Below are positions 35,469-47,912 of a DNA stretch of 64,000 nt, piece after piece. The stretch comes from Orbicella franksi. Taxonomy: Eukaryota. The notes under the pieces are model-generated. The model was not told where the DNA came from, did not search any database, and saw only the letters and a program-made list of their open reading frames with translations. The position numbers and the translations under genes are program-made. Within the stretch, counting starts at the first letter, position 1. Each line of letters begins with the position of its first letter. The stretch spans positions 2,480,001-2,544,000 of the forward strand of contig OZ116709.1 in the NCBI GenBank assembly GCA_964199315.1, read 5' to 3'.

Positions 35469-38400
35469 TCACCACGAGCTGAAATCTTTAAACCCACCAG
35501 AAGTTTTTATTTTCTTTTTTGTTGGCTGCGGTGTGAAGTCAGCAGTATCGGCATCCCTAAGAAACGTTAAACCAGAAAATTAATTGCAAGGAAAAACGTC
35601 GAGAAAAATTGAATGCCGCTTAAAAACTAGAATCAGATAAATGATTAAGATTTTTCAGATCAAGCTCAAACAAAATTCCTCATTAATTAAAGGTTTCCAT
35701 GCATTTCTCCTGATACAAGTGTAAGAATTAAGCTTTGCACGTACGGAGGTAAATCCCCTTGTTGATAATTTTCTTTTTTCTCATCACCCTTCTGCTTGAC
35801 AGTGTATGGATATTGTAAGGAGACATTCTATGCTGATAGTTCTTGAGAAATACATTATTAAGCTATATATTTTATGATACCTGGATGCTGGTTTCTGTGG
35901 AATATATTTTCCAACTCCTGAGCGGTAAACCTTGGGTGCTTCTGCTGGTGTAGCAGCTGCTTTCTTTTTCCTGGCGGCTTCTTCCTGTTCACGTACACAC
36001 AAGTAATAGAACATTTCAGATCAACTGTAACCTGAGCCTGCGGTGTTGCTTACGTAACATGGCGCGTCCTGTTGGCGCTACGATGACTACGTAGCAACAA
36101 TCAGAACCCTCGAGATCGCTCGTGACTGCTCGTACTCCCTTTAAGTTTGATTGAATAATAAGAACGGAAAAATCTTGACGTGTTTCTACGAGATTCACTG
36201 ACTAGGGTTTTGCAGAGATTGATAACAGGAACAAAGATGCGAAGGTACAAGGCTATTAATCCTATCTTTGCATTACAGTGATTAAACACACTTGCAGAAG
36301 TAATGGACCTCAGCTGACGAGGATAACCTGGGAGGTGATCGGGTACATTACCTGTCGCTTTTCCTCTTCTTCCTTTTTCTCGCGTTCTTCTTTAAGCTGA
36401 AAACAAATTTAAGTTGGTGTCAAACTCACAAAAAAACAACAGCCTACCAATGGAAAATGAAAGGATGATGACTCGTATCCGTCTCTGTCACGTTACTGAC
36501 ACGTTAGCTAGTCATCATGGACAATCATCTGGCTCTTCACTGTATTTGTATATAACTCGTGCGCATCGCTGTATCTTGTCACGGAATCTTTCTCCTCAGT
36601 GACGGAAGGATTGTGTGACGAGCTATGCGAACGTAGGGGACTACATACAAATTCTCCGTACCTGTCGTTATACGTTACTTACAGCCTTAGATTAGAGAAT
36701 ATGTTAATATATCCAGAAAATATTGCCCTTGTGATCGATTGTCTTATTCTCCTGACCTAGATGGCTCTTTTTCATATAAATTTTTAAGAGAGTTAAGATG
36801 TTGATCACCGCTGGGTCAACTTACAACGGCGTCCACTTCATCAAAAGGATTCACGAACACCACAGCCTTGATCAACTTGATCGTTTCCTGATGGGAGACA
36901 GTTAAATGAAAAAAATATTCACCCAATTGAACACAAAATAGAATTTGACCCAGATTAAATGAAATCCAAAACGGGAATGACATCGGAACTCAACTGGTAA
37001 AAAGAGAGAAACAAATGACCAACAGCTATATCGTCACATTCTGCGATGTGAAGATCACTTCAGTTCGAATGAAACGTCAAAATCACAGTGTAAACTCCCT
37101 CGGTATAACATTTAATTTCTTTGCTTTTAACCCATTGTTTGATCTTCATTGTCAACCTCTTCATTCTTGGCCTACTCATAAGACAGCTGCGGAAAATTCC
37201 GGCCATTCTTTACCCACAGGGTGGTGGAGAAGGTTTACCCACAAGTGTTTATGAGAACTTTGTATAAGGAAAACTGGAGTCTCTAAAGTTTTCACTCACC
37301 GCGAAAATGGACTTAATTTAATGATCTGCCCCACAATTGAATAGATGTATTCGATAAAGTAATACCTTAGGTCGATCTTTTTCGTCGGTTTCGACTTTTT
37401 CCATAGCGCTAAGTGTTTCAAGCCCACCAACTAACCTGGCAAAACAGACACAACGATAAAACTCCAGTCACGTCTGTGAACATGCGAACATTTATAAAAA
37501 CCAAATAGCTACGACTATAGTACTACAAAATGTACAAGAGTCGCGCGTTATCTCTAGATTTACCCTACAGTACCTTGTACTGCGGAAATTCAGAAACTTT
37601 ATCCAAGAGGGAAAGGAAAATTACTTGAGAGTCATTTAAAAAAAGAAAGTCGTTCAACAAGCTTTCCTTACTGGATAATAAACTTAAGGTAATTCCTCTG
37701 AAATAAAAGTGACAATAGATTTTTGTTCAAACTTTGTCCACTGAATATTTGTCATATGATAACTTCAATTTTGAAATAAAAAGGGGGGGGGGTGCCCATG
37801 CTCATTAAGGAGCAGTGAGGCATTGAAAATACCCCATTTTGGCATTATTTAATGCTTATTATAAGAACGCATTCCCAGTAATTGTAAAATCTTTGTGAAC
37901 CCAGACTCATAAGAACATGCATTAAACTGCAGTCAATACATTGTGTCGGACACAAATAAACATTTTAAGTTTGATTCAGGCAGAAAGTTAAATCCTTGGT
38001 TAAAAATTTGAACCAAATTTCTTGACGTGGTTACCGACTGCAAAATAGAAAAGACCACAGTGTATCTGCTATTTTTCTTATTTATTCAATTTTCAGCAAT
38101 AGAAATTAGATCACTCTTTTCTCACGCAAAGCTTATGATTAGTTGATTACAATGACTGGAAAAAAAAATTGGGGTGCCCGTGCTCGTTGGTGAGCTAGAG
38201 CCATTTTTCAACTGACGGAGCTCAATATCAAGGCAAATCCGTCATGTTTTCAATATGCGCGTGCACGAGCGCGCGCTAATGACGCCATAAATTATGCGCA
38301 GTAAGGATGCGCAATGCAAATGTGAGGAATGACCTTAAAGCCCAATACATTTTAAAAGCTTTTAAAGGTCTCTAAACGAAAAGAAAAGAAAAAAAGTCTC

Positions 38401-41400
38401 GAGAGTGTTACCTGCCAAACACGGAATGCTTTTCATCCAAGTGCCGACAAGAACGATACGTTATGAAGCTACAAGGAAAACAAAAGGCGGAATGAACAGT
38501 ACTACAGAATGAACAAGGGAGGGGAGGGTTAGGCAAAAGGGCCTACCGACCCTGCCTGACCCTTCCTGAAAACATACATTGAATAATTGCCATTGTTTAG
38601 ATTCTACATATCTCTACCATTTCTCGCAGTTTCCAAAAGAAGTAACTGAGTAATACGTGAATAATTTTTCCCCCTTGATTGCTATTTGCAGAAAATGTTT
38701 TTGTTTCGTTTCCTGAGAAACGAAACGACCAGCAGTCGTCCGACAGACGACCGACGGACAACCGACAGACAACCGTCAGACGACCGACAGATGACCGACA
38801 GATGACCGACAGTATCTTGTAGGAGCTGCTCTTCACTATTGCCCATAAACGTTGACAGTTCAGCACTAAAAACATAATATTGACAAGTAAGTGTGAATAG
38901 AGTTCCATCACTCACAACTGTGATTTGTTGGTATTGGGTCCTGAATTTGCCATACTCAAAATTCCTCTGCCTGAAAAATACAAGACAAAAATGGTTTGAA
39001 TGCGGTAACTGTGGGACTGCAAACCTTTGTTAGTCTCAACAATAAATTGACGAAGTGCAAAAATATTGTGTTCAGAACATTCAGTATGTGCAAATAATAG
39101 AAAAAAATAAAAAAATAAATAGAAATAGAAAACATGTACCGTCTTTCTATCGAGTTTTAGTATAAACCTACAAGCGTTCTATCGCGAGCGCCTTTCTCTG
39201 ATTGGCTTCGTATTCTGTCATAGATAGTGAGTTCCGTAGCAGTGTACCCTTGTTAACAAAATGACGGCCGCTTCTTGGCGTTTTCGAAGTGTCCGTGAAG
39301 AGGATTTAGATAAAGTTTTGAACTACCAGTAATTGAAGATTTATACTAATACAGTGACATTATTCGCTCTCGATTTCTATGCGTGATAGTTGACGAGGGT
39401 GCGGCGATAGAAATCTCGAGCTCATAATCTAATTGTTTAATAGAGGCACGATTCTAAACCAATCAGAGCGCGTATTTTCCTTGAGCTATTTTCTACTTAC
39501 TATTACTGTACAATAGAGATGCAATGTACATGTACAACGGAGGAAAAAACAAAGATGCTACACGTCTACAAGATAAAAAAGTGCCTTTATTCATCCTTCT
39601 CACCTTGATGTATTAAATTCGGTTTGAACTCGTCCTTAAAGGCCTCGCCCCACGTCGATTCCCCTCCTGTAAAGAAGGCAAATAAACAGCTCGTTAAATG
39701 CGAAACACACACACAAACTAAAAACCTGTATTATGTACAAACATCTTTGCTCTCCTGTTTGACCAATTTAAGTCTGCGAGGTATAACTCCCTTAGTTTTG
39801 TTTTCCAGTCTGTTCCACAATCAGAATCCCCCCAAAGTTATTAACCTCCCCTGTTCCTGATTAAATAGGCCTCTCAACTGAACAAACCCCTAACTCCTTT
39901 GAAACTATGAAAGTAAAACGTAAGATTTTTATAACAATCTCCTTGGGCTGAGTGTGTGTCATTTTCACAATTTAACCCACAAACGTATAATTTATTTATT
40001 TTATTCTCGTTTGAATGACAGTGATGTTTGGTAAATCACGCCAATTGAGAAGAAAAAAGGTTTACATTTTACTGCAGCTGAGGAAACAAGGAAGATTTGC
40101 TTTTAATTAAAAATTTACCTTGCCCAGTTCCAGTAGGATCCCCTCCTTGAATCTGAAACAAACACATACAAGTACCAAGAAATTTAGAATACGCTCTTGG
40201 TTTGATTTGATTTGAAACATCAGAAACCATATTCATTACATGCTTAGAAATACAACAACAAAAAGGCTGCGTTTTTGCTCAAGAATAAATCAGATAAGTA
40301 AGTTAATAATGTAACAGCCTTCACACATACCATAAAATTTCTTATAGATCTGTGAAAAACTAACAAGAAAATAAAAAAAAAAACATATTGGTTAGGTGTG
40401 TAATTTAAACTTAACTAATACCGTCAATTTCACGTCAAGAAAGAAGAAACCGCTTTCTTGTCTATTTACTTACTTGTATTATCGTAATAGCCTTCACTAC
40501 AAAGCTTCATAAAATTCTCGCATGTTTTTGGTACCTAAAAAATATGATGAAACTGGTCTCAAATCTTCCACATATATGCATGTACCAGAAGAAATAAGGT
40601 GCAGTCCCAACAATATATATATTACAGCCCATGGAAGGTCACTGGAAATTCTGAGGAGGTGGGGATCTTAAAAGCCAACAATTTTATTCAGGAAAGTATG
40701 AAGCTGAACTGGAATTTCCAGGGGGAGAGAGGTTCAAACCAAAAACCTTCTAATTAACAATTACATTATGAGCTTGAGATTTCTATCGCATGATAGTTGA
40801 GGAGGGCGCACCTCAAGTAAACTATCACACATAAATGTGGAGAGCAAATTATCTGTTATAATTGTTTTAGTGTAAATCTACCAGACATTCAAAACTCTAT
40901 CTAAATCCTCTTCACATGAGAATGCAAAGTAATGGCCACCATTTTGTTAACAACTGCATACTGCTAGGCTACTCACTGTCAACAACAGAACATCTAGTGT
41001 GTGCAGTGTAGCCAATCAAAGTACTGCATTCATGATAGAACACTAGTAGATTTATACTAAAAGGGGAGATAGATATATTGAGCTTCAGTTGTACCCTTGG
41101 TACAATTTAGTATTTTCCTTTGTTCTGGTGTCAACAGTAGAACACCATTAATCCAGTCACCCCAGACTGGTCACCAACGCATCACAAAATCTGGCTGTAT
41201 TAAGCGGGTGGCCATATTAAAGGGGTTCTTGAAATAAGAAAATGACTTCTCAGGACTGAGCTTTTGTTCAGGCCACAATAAAGTGACACTAACAACGAGG
41301 TGGCTTATGGGCTGGCCGTAAGGCAGGGTTCCACTGTAGTAATACAACATATGAATTATATAAAACAAAGGAAAATACCAAAAATTGTTCCAAGGGTGAA

Positions 41401-44400
41401 ATTGAACCACAGTCGATATTTTCTGGAACAACTCAGTTTCTGAATTTTTGAACCATAAACAATTTCCTCAGATACTGTTGTCTACACAGTTTAGGTTTAT
41501 AAGGAGTCATGTATAAATGAATCAAATGTGTCAATCCTGCATCTTGAGAAAAGCCCCAGAATTAAGTTCTTTGTATTTGCTCACCATTTCACAATGAATT
41601 TCCAAGTTTAGGTCACCATGACTTGTTTGCAGTCTCACATAACCTTAACAAAGAAAAAAGAATCATAGTATATTCCAAATTCCACGGATCAATTTAAAAT
41701 AAGAAATAAAAAGGACAAAAGACATTATCTTTTTAACATGTACAAGGTGTGTACCCTTCTTTTTCACTTCTCTGTATCGTACTATATCCTGATCAACAAC
41801 AGCTGAAAATAAATCATAAAATTGATTGATCATTAAAAGCTCCTATTAATAAAGAAAGAGACTGTTAAGTGCATTACTTGGACAGGCGAATTTATGGACA
41901 AATGAGCAAACAAGCATTAAATGGCAATTGACTGTTTGATTTATTAATCAGACAACTGAGTTGGATATAAACAACGCATTGCAATTCAAGAATGCTAAAT
42001 TGAAGAGATGGCTGCAGTCTACTGAGTTTGTGATGTCTTACCTGCTTCCTGTTGAGTGACTGGTATTTGCGCTGTCGATGTAAATGAGCTAGCTACAGCA
42101 CCAGTGGAATAATGAGCCTACATGCATCGACAAACAAAAACAACATTATTTATCAAAATTTACCCAAAAGTACATTGCAAAAATGGGAAACTACAATAGA
42201 ATAAGTCAACAAATAAGTATAGATCCTTTGCATAAATGGCAGCTAAATTTGAGTAACAATACTTTATGCATCCTTAGCCTTGTGATCATGTTTCCAGACA
42301 AGGGATTTCACATGAATGTAAGGCTAAGGACGTATAAATATTGTTATTCAAATACAAGCACCATTCATGCAAAGGGTCTATACTGGGCAGGAAACTTACT
42401 GCATTCCTCTCTGTGAGTGATTCACTTTTCTCTATGTTCTTCTTCTCCTGCGAAGTAATTATTAGTAAATCAATGTTCCGTCAGAAAAGAAACTTCTGTC
42501 AGTGATAAAGTGATCTTGTCAATCAGAAACAACAACAACAACAACAGTTTCTTTCTACTACTGCAAACAACTAAAAGAATTTACAAGATTATAATCATAA
42601 ACAAATAAACATTACAGTACATACAGTAGTGGGACACCCAAAATAACTAAAAAGCTAAACTAGTTGGGTGACCGTAATTATAATAATTAAACATGTGAGA
42701 GTCAGGAAAGAGGCACAACAAATACATTGGTACACATAAATATCATAAACTTGGTACAGGAGTAAATATACAAAACAAAACAAAATAAATAGATATAAAC
42801 CATCAAAATATCAGTAAAGATTAATAGAGACTAATGAAATGTGAAGTTAGTTCATTTTTAAATTGATTAGAAGTACAACACTTGAATCTTTCATCAAGTT
42901 CATTCCATAATTTAGGTCCATTAAAATGAATATTAAAAGGAAAGTTCAGTCTAGAGCAACAGAAGCAGCATAGAGAATGACAGATAAAGTAAAGTTTACT
43001 TACAGGTTCTTTGTAAGTTCTTTCCAGCTCATTAAGAATGCCAAGTGTGTCTTTGTTGGCTCTGTTCAAATAATACTTTGGATCCTTCTTTGCTTTCTCT
43101 TCCTCTGAACAAATGATGAAAAGTATTTATGGTACAGTTATCTCTTGCTAGCTATTTTCTACTTTCTCCAGACTGTTGTCTATATATTGAGTTCTCATGC
43201 AAGGGTCAAGGCTTGCTGCTAGTATGGAAACAACTCTACTGGGCTATTGGAGACAACTTTTATTGCACCATGAATACAAAACAGACCTTCATTCACCACT
43301 TTCAAGTTGTTTTTTAGATGGTGGAAATTTGCCAGGTTAAACTTGTCAAGACTTGTTGGATCCTGTTGGGAAAACAATTTAAATCAAAACATGTGAAACT
43401 CTGGAAAAATGACAAGCAATAATAAAAATAGTATGTAAATTGATGGGTAAAGTCTGTATACGGGCCAAGTGGCCCATCAGGCCGGCGCTTATGCCTGGTT
43501 TCTGTAGCATGAAGCAACCAGGAGTATTCTACTCCCCCTTGGATGGGATGCTAGTCCATCACAGGGTTATCCCCCAGCATTATAATACACCTGGGTGGAG
43601 AGAGGCACTGTGAGAGTAAAGTGTCTTCCCCAAGAACACAACACAATGTCCACGGCCAGGGCTCAAATTCGGACCGCTTGATCCTGAGTCTAACCATGCA
43701 CTAACCATGAGGCCACCACACCTCCCTTATTTCAACTGATAAACCAGTATTACTAATTTAACATTTGAAAAATTAACAACGTAAAAAAACAATTAAGCAC
43801 TTCTTTTTTTCATTCTTGCACTTTTTGACTAGCATTATGGCAGCTATGGACTTTAAAACATTGAAAGAGTGACAAACCTGTATAGTTATTATGTCTTTAC
43901 GTGTAAATGGTTCATCGGTGAGAAGATCTTTGAAGTTCTTTGCTTTTAGATTTAACTGTTCCACTGCCTGTTATCAGTCGGGAAGAAACAAATTTCTCAC
44001 TGAAAACTTAAATATAACTAAGAGACAGTGCCACATGTACATAGTGACTCTGTAGTGTGACAGGATGAGACCAGGAGGGGGGTCATTAGGTAATATTTAT
44101 TTAGCGTTTGAAATTTGGGATATGAAAACCCATCTGAGGTTAGAAATTCATAGTTTCTGTGAAAGATGTTGCTAAGAACATTTTATGGGATCAACAAAAA
44201 GCAGAAGCTAATGTTTTTTACTGCCATGTAACACTAAAGTTTCTTTGACATAAACTACTGGTTCAAGCATGTGACAAAAATTTATATCCACTCCCCACCA
44301 TACACTTGGCATACACTTTCCCACCCAAAAGGAAGGCACAAAGAAAACAAAGCTGCATGTCTCATTCAGGGATAAAATTAAGAAAATATTTATATTATAT

Positions 44401-46661
44401 TTGCATCTAAAAGAACCTAGAAAACTACAAATTTGTCAGTTTACAAACCAATGAAAGGAATTATTCCTTTGACTGGTTTGTTTCTTCATCCTCTGATTCA
44501 TTCAGCACTGGTCAGGAACTAAAAGTACTACAGGAAAAATGCAAAGACTTTTAACCTACATCATATGAGAAGACATTTCCAGTTGTTTTGACAGCAACAA
44601 TGTGTGAGTTGTTATTGAAGACTTTGAATGTTACAGGACAGTGATATTTGTCTGTAAAAGACACAAATTGACAACAACAACAATTACTGCCAAATTCCAA
44701 TCTTTAATTTTCAATAAACACCGATCACTCAACTTACCCTCGGCATTCTTGTGAAAATTCAGTTTTACAAGTTCCTTGGCCTGTAGAGGCTATAAAAGAA
44801 GAACGGAATGTTAATTATAATATAAGTGCATATACCACACCAGTCCTGTAATTGACATGCCTTTGATTAATGAATTATCAGATAATGATGATACATACTT
44901 CTCCTGTGACTGGGTTTTTCCCATATTTCTTGAGATAAGGAACAATATTTCTGTAAAAAGAAGAAAAGTATAGCTTAAATAATATGTCAGAAATCCTCTT
45001 ATATCAGTACTTTTGCCCACAAAATTTATTTGCCAAACCCAGCGTGAATTAAGAAGAAAATATGTTGAGTAACTTACAGCAAATCAAATATGATGCCATC
45101 TTTAGTGCAGAGTGGATGTTCAAATGGCTGCATGGAAAGGCTGAATAACAGAAAACAAAGAAAAAAAACTTGGAGGACATTTTTTTCACAACAATCACAA
45201 GTTCTATTTCACATCTTTTCCTGCAAGAATAATTATGCAATTTCAGTCACACAATGTGCATTGTTTCACTAATAACATAGTTTATGAGCTGTAAGTCAAC
45301 TGAAAAGTTGATTTGAATCATGAAAACAAACCTGCAGCAATAAAATGGTAACCTTCTAAAGCTGGCCTTCTCAGGTACATCTAAAATGTAATACAGAGAA
45401 AATTCACTTGTTTTCAATGTTACCTGCATCACAACCTTCTCTTTACATTCTGTCTTTTGAAATGCTATGGAATCAGCTGAGCTGATGATGAGACTATAAA
45501 CCTGGAAATGTTTCTTGCTATTGAGCAAATCTGAGTTCAGTTACTGTAATCAGATCAACTTCTATGTGAATGCTTCATACTATTTTATTCAGTCTTATTT
45601 GGTTGGAAAGTTAAAATTTGTTACTAGTAAATGCCCTGAATTATGCATATCAAATAGATGGTTGGCATGTGTGCAACAGATGCCTTTTCCCTTATCAGCA
45701 CACATCGACCAGTCTGGCTTTTAACACTCAGGTCTTGTTTTTTTTCATAAGATAAATTTATGTCATCAAAATTACCACCAATCATAGTCAAGAATTAACA
45801 GATCATTTATGTAATATTGAATCTGCAGTAAGTTTCTTCACACTACTTGCATAATCTATGTTGTTAAGTAGAGATATAAGAAATGACATTAGTGTTGGGT
45901 ATTCTTTACCCCTTAATTTTCGCTCTCACCCATAACCCTTCATCCCCAGGGATCAAGAGGTTGAGTGTCGATTGATAACCTTAATTGACTCTCAATTAAC
46001 CCTCGATTGACACTTGACTGATACTCAATCAACACCTCAGTTGACACTTGATCAACACTTGACTGACAGTATGTTGAGAGTCAGTTGAGAGTCTGTTGAG
46101 AGTTGACTTATTTTTGGTTAATACATATGAAACAGTTGATACTCGGCCAACTATCAACCCACTGTTGATTGGGTGTTGATCAAGTGTCGATCAAGTGTTG
46201 ATTGGGGCTTGATCAAGGGTATAATATGAATCAACACTCGACTGTGGATGTCTTTAGTAAACATAATTTACAGGACCCATCATATCCTTACTTGATGAAG
46301 ATATCACAGCTTATCATGTGTCGTAATTGAAATAGTCATGCATCCTTTCTTGAAGATTTAGCTACCTGTGGCTAGTACTGGCTACCCAGGGAATGATATC
46401 TCACGGAAAATTAACTTACCGGCTTTCTTTCCACCCCATTCATCTCTCCACTCCTTGTTCGTCAAATATCTTTAACATAAACCGTGAAAAATATAGAACA
46501 CAAACATTTTAGTGCCTTACAATGTCTATTGCTGTCATAATATTCTCTCACAAACTCCTCGCCAAAACTAAAGGCATATTGTTTTAAAAATAAGACAGAG
46601 AGAGGACCTAATTAAGGTATTAAGCTTACAATTTGTCTTTCTGGTGTTGTTTCTTTCCCAT
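35469..46661 (-). CDS. PPIL2: PPIL2 / Cyp60 U-box cyclophilin (518 aa, 25 coding exons)
   Basis: Exons (+ coordinates) 46630-46661, 46420-46469, 45332-45380, 45078-45140, 44899-44950, 44738-44789, 44560-44651, 43878-43967, 43287-43362, 43004-43104, 42400-42447, 42042-42117, 41755-41802, 41585-41643, 40474-40534, 40331-40359, 40119-40152, 39604-39666, 38916-38970, 38412-38468, 37366-37435, 36825-36887, 36352-36396, 35881-35984, 35469-35556. All introns GT-AG; total 1557 nt. Begins MGKKQHQKDKLY, contains FHRSIRNFMIQGGDPTGTG and SMANSGPNTNKSQFFIT, ends GVGKYI...GGFKDFSSW as in PPIL2. Confidence 0.97.
37684..38338. mobile_element. ~650-bp MITE with TTAA target sites (Kolobok-like termini)
   Basis: TTAA|GGTAATTCCTC ... 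GAGGAATGACC|TTAA; TIRs match 10/11. Confidence 0.65.
38740..38812. repeat. 11-bp minisatellite (CCGACAGAYGA) x ~6.6
   Basis: ccgacagacga, ccgacggacaa, ccgacagacaa, ccgtcagacga, ccgacagatga, ccgacagatga, ccgacag. Preceded by a short hairpin TTCGTTTC-CTGA-GAAACGAA. Confidence 0.9.
39140..39435 (+). mobile_element. Dispersed repeat copy A (inverted partner at ~40750-41062)
   Basis: Shares TTTTAGTATAAA, TGATTGGCT, TTGTTAACAAAATG, GTGAAGAGGATTTAGATA.AGTTTTGAA, GCGATAGAAATCTC.AGCTCATAAT with the reverse complement of 40750-41062. Confidence 0.8.
40750..41062 (-). mobile_element. Dispersed repeat copy B, inverted relative to copy A
   Basis: Same shared blocks as copy A; retains an internal hairpin GATAGTTGAGGAGGGCGCACCTCAAGTAAACTATC. 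Confidence 0.8.
42820..42960 (-). mobile_element. L2/CR1-type LINE 3' remnant in a PPIL2 intron
   Basis: Minus-strand translation FNIHFNGPKLWNELDERFK...QFKNELTSHF resembles the GPKLWN motif at the end of L2/CR1 ORF2. Confidence 0.6.
43447..43726 (-). mobile_element. tRNA-derived SINE (~280 bp)
   Basis: Minus strand starts GGGAGGTGTGGTGGCCTCATGG (A box), then a degenerate B box (GGTCCGAATTTGAGCCC), then TTGTGTTCTTGGGGAAGACACTTTACTCTCACAGTGCCTCTCTCCACCCAGGTG, resembling conserved SINE central domains (CORE/Meta-like). Confidence 0.8.
45950..46260. repeat. Degenerate internally repetitive element (GATCAACACTT-like units in both orientations)
   Basis: Repeats of TTGACACTTGA/GATCAACAC followed by the inverse GTGTTGATCAAGTGT, giving a foldback-like layout. 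Confidence 0.55.
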
Positions 46662-46783
46662 AATTACGAACTTTTGCAGGCGAGTATCACAAAATCACCA
46701 CTTTCAGGAATTTCAGGAACACTTTGAGGACTTTCAGACCAGCGGATACATCGTATGGCAGAAAGTGTGTCACTTAGGCTGAA
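46662..46783. promoter_or_regulatory. Very compact bidirectional promoter between PPIL2 (-) and BOLA2 (+)
   Basis: PPIL2 ATG at 46661; BOLA2 in-frame ATGs at 46784 and 46844, i.e. 122-182 bp between start codons. Confidence 0.7.
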
Positions 46784-46843
46784 ATGAAAACATTCAAACC
46801 CAGGCTCTTCTCTTCATCTAATAATCAAGCAAGGAAGAAAGCC

Positions 46844-47912
46844 ATGAGTGGAATTAGCAGTGAATTTCTTCAAGAAAAGCTTCAAAAGGAGTTCAACCCT
46901 ATTCATTTGGTAGGAGAAGTATATATTTTGTACTCAGTTTGTGCAATATACGCACAAAAATTTGGTTTGCCGATCTGGATTTTCAAGATGTGGACGCATG
47001 TAGCATGCATACATGTCGTCTCCTTATTGCATGTACTACACATCAAATGCTTTGGGAGCTTATATTTCACAGCGTTCCATTAAGATCTCTTTCATCTTCA
47101 GTTGAAAAATAAGTGTGCGTGCTTTGAATTCAAAATTCCATATTCAACTGACTGTTGATTACATCATTACGTTACATCAATATTGATCATGAGTGACCAT
47201 CGTGACTAACACTGCATTGGTCAACATTTCAACTGAAATCAACGTGTTGGTCAATATCACTGGCTGATCATGACTTGACCATGGAGAGGAGCTGAAGCGG
47301 ATCTAGACGAAAACTGGCCCACAAATTACCCTAGTTGAAAATATTGTTTTAAACTTGTTCCGTCTCAAATGCGGTACATTACCATCATTGAGAGTGAACT
47401 GTAAATTAGTTAATCTGAGCACTATCCTAGCGGCAGGGGTATTGTGCAGGATACTGAACGCCGAATGCACTGTTTTCTTCTGGTTAGTTCCACTCATGTT
47501 TGCCTGCGGTTAGTTTTTATTTGTTAGAAAGGGGCAAATACAATATATCTGTCACAAAGAAAGAATTTATGAAACGTTAGGGTATAAGGTGCTGGTCAAA
47601 AAACCTACCTTGTAAATTCTTCACTTGTCCCAACTTTCCTTCTTAGTCTTACTTAGAAAGATTAAATATAGTCAACTTTACACTTTTGACTCTGTAACTT
47701 TTTTCACGTGAAAACAGGAAGTGGTTGACCTGACAGATGGCTGTGGAGGAAAATTCTCAGTAGTCATTGTTTCTGACAAATTTGAGGGAAAACCACTGTT
47801 AGCTCAGCACAGGATGGTGAATGACTGTTTAGTCGAGGAACTGAAGACTATCCATGCATTAACTATTAAAACAATGAAACCTGCACAGTGGGAGAAACAG
47901 AAGGCAACATAA
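46844..47912 (+). CDS. BOLA2: BolA-like protein 2 (Fe-S cluster chaperone partner of GLRX3), 86 aa, 2 exons
   Basis: Exons 46844-46909 and 47718-47912: MSGISSEFLQEKLQKEFNPIHL-EVVDLTDGCGGKFSVVIVSDKFEGKPLLAQHRMVNDCLVEELKTIHALTIKTMKPAQWEKQKAT, matching BOLA2 (VS.KFEGKPLL..HR.VN.CL.EEL..IHA). Confidence 0.92.

Noticed and set aside
38740-38812. Regular short repeats suggesting a CRISPR-like array
   Set aside because: Head-to-tail 11-mers with no unique spacers and no cas genes; a minisatellite in a eukaryotic intron.
45950-46260. Semi-regular GATCAACAC/GTGTTGATC units as a repeat-spacer array
   Set aside because: Irregular, degenerate and in both orientations; better explained as an old internally repetitive element.
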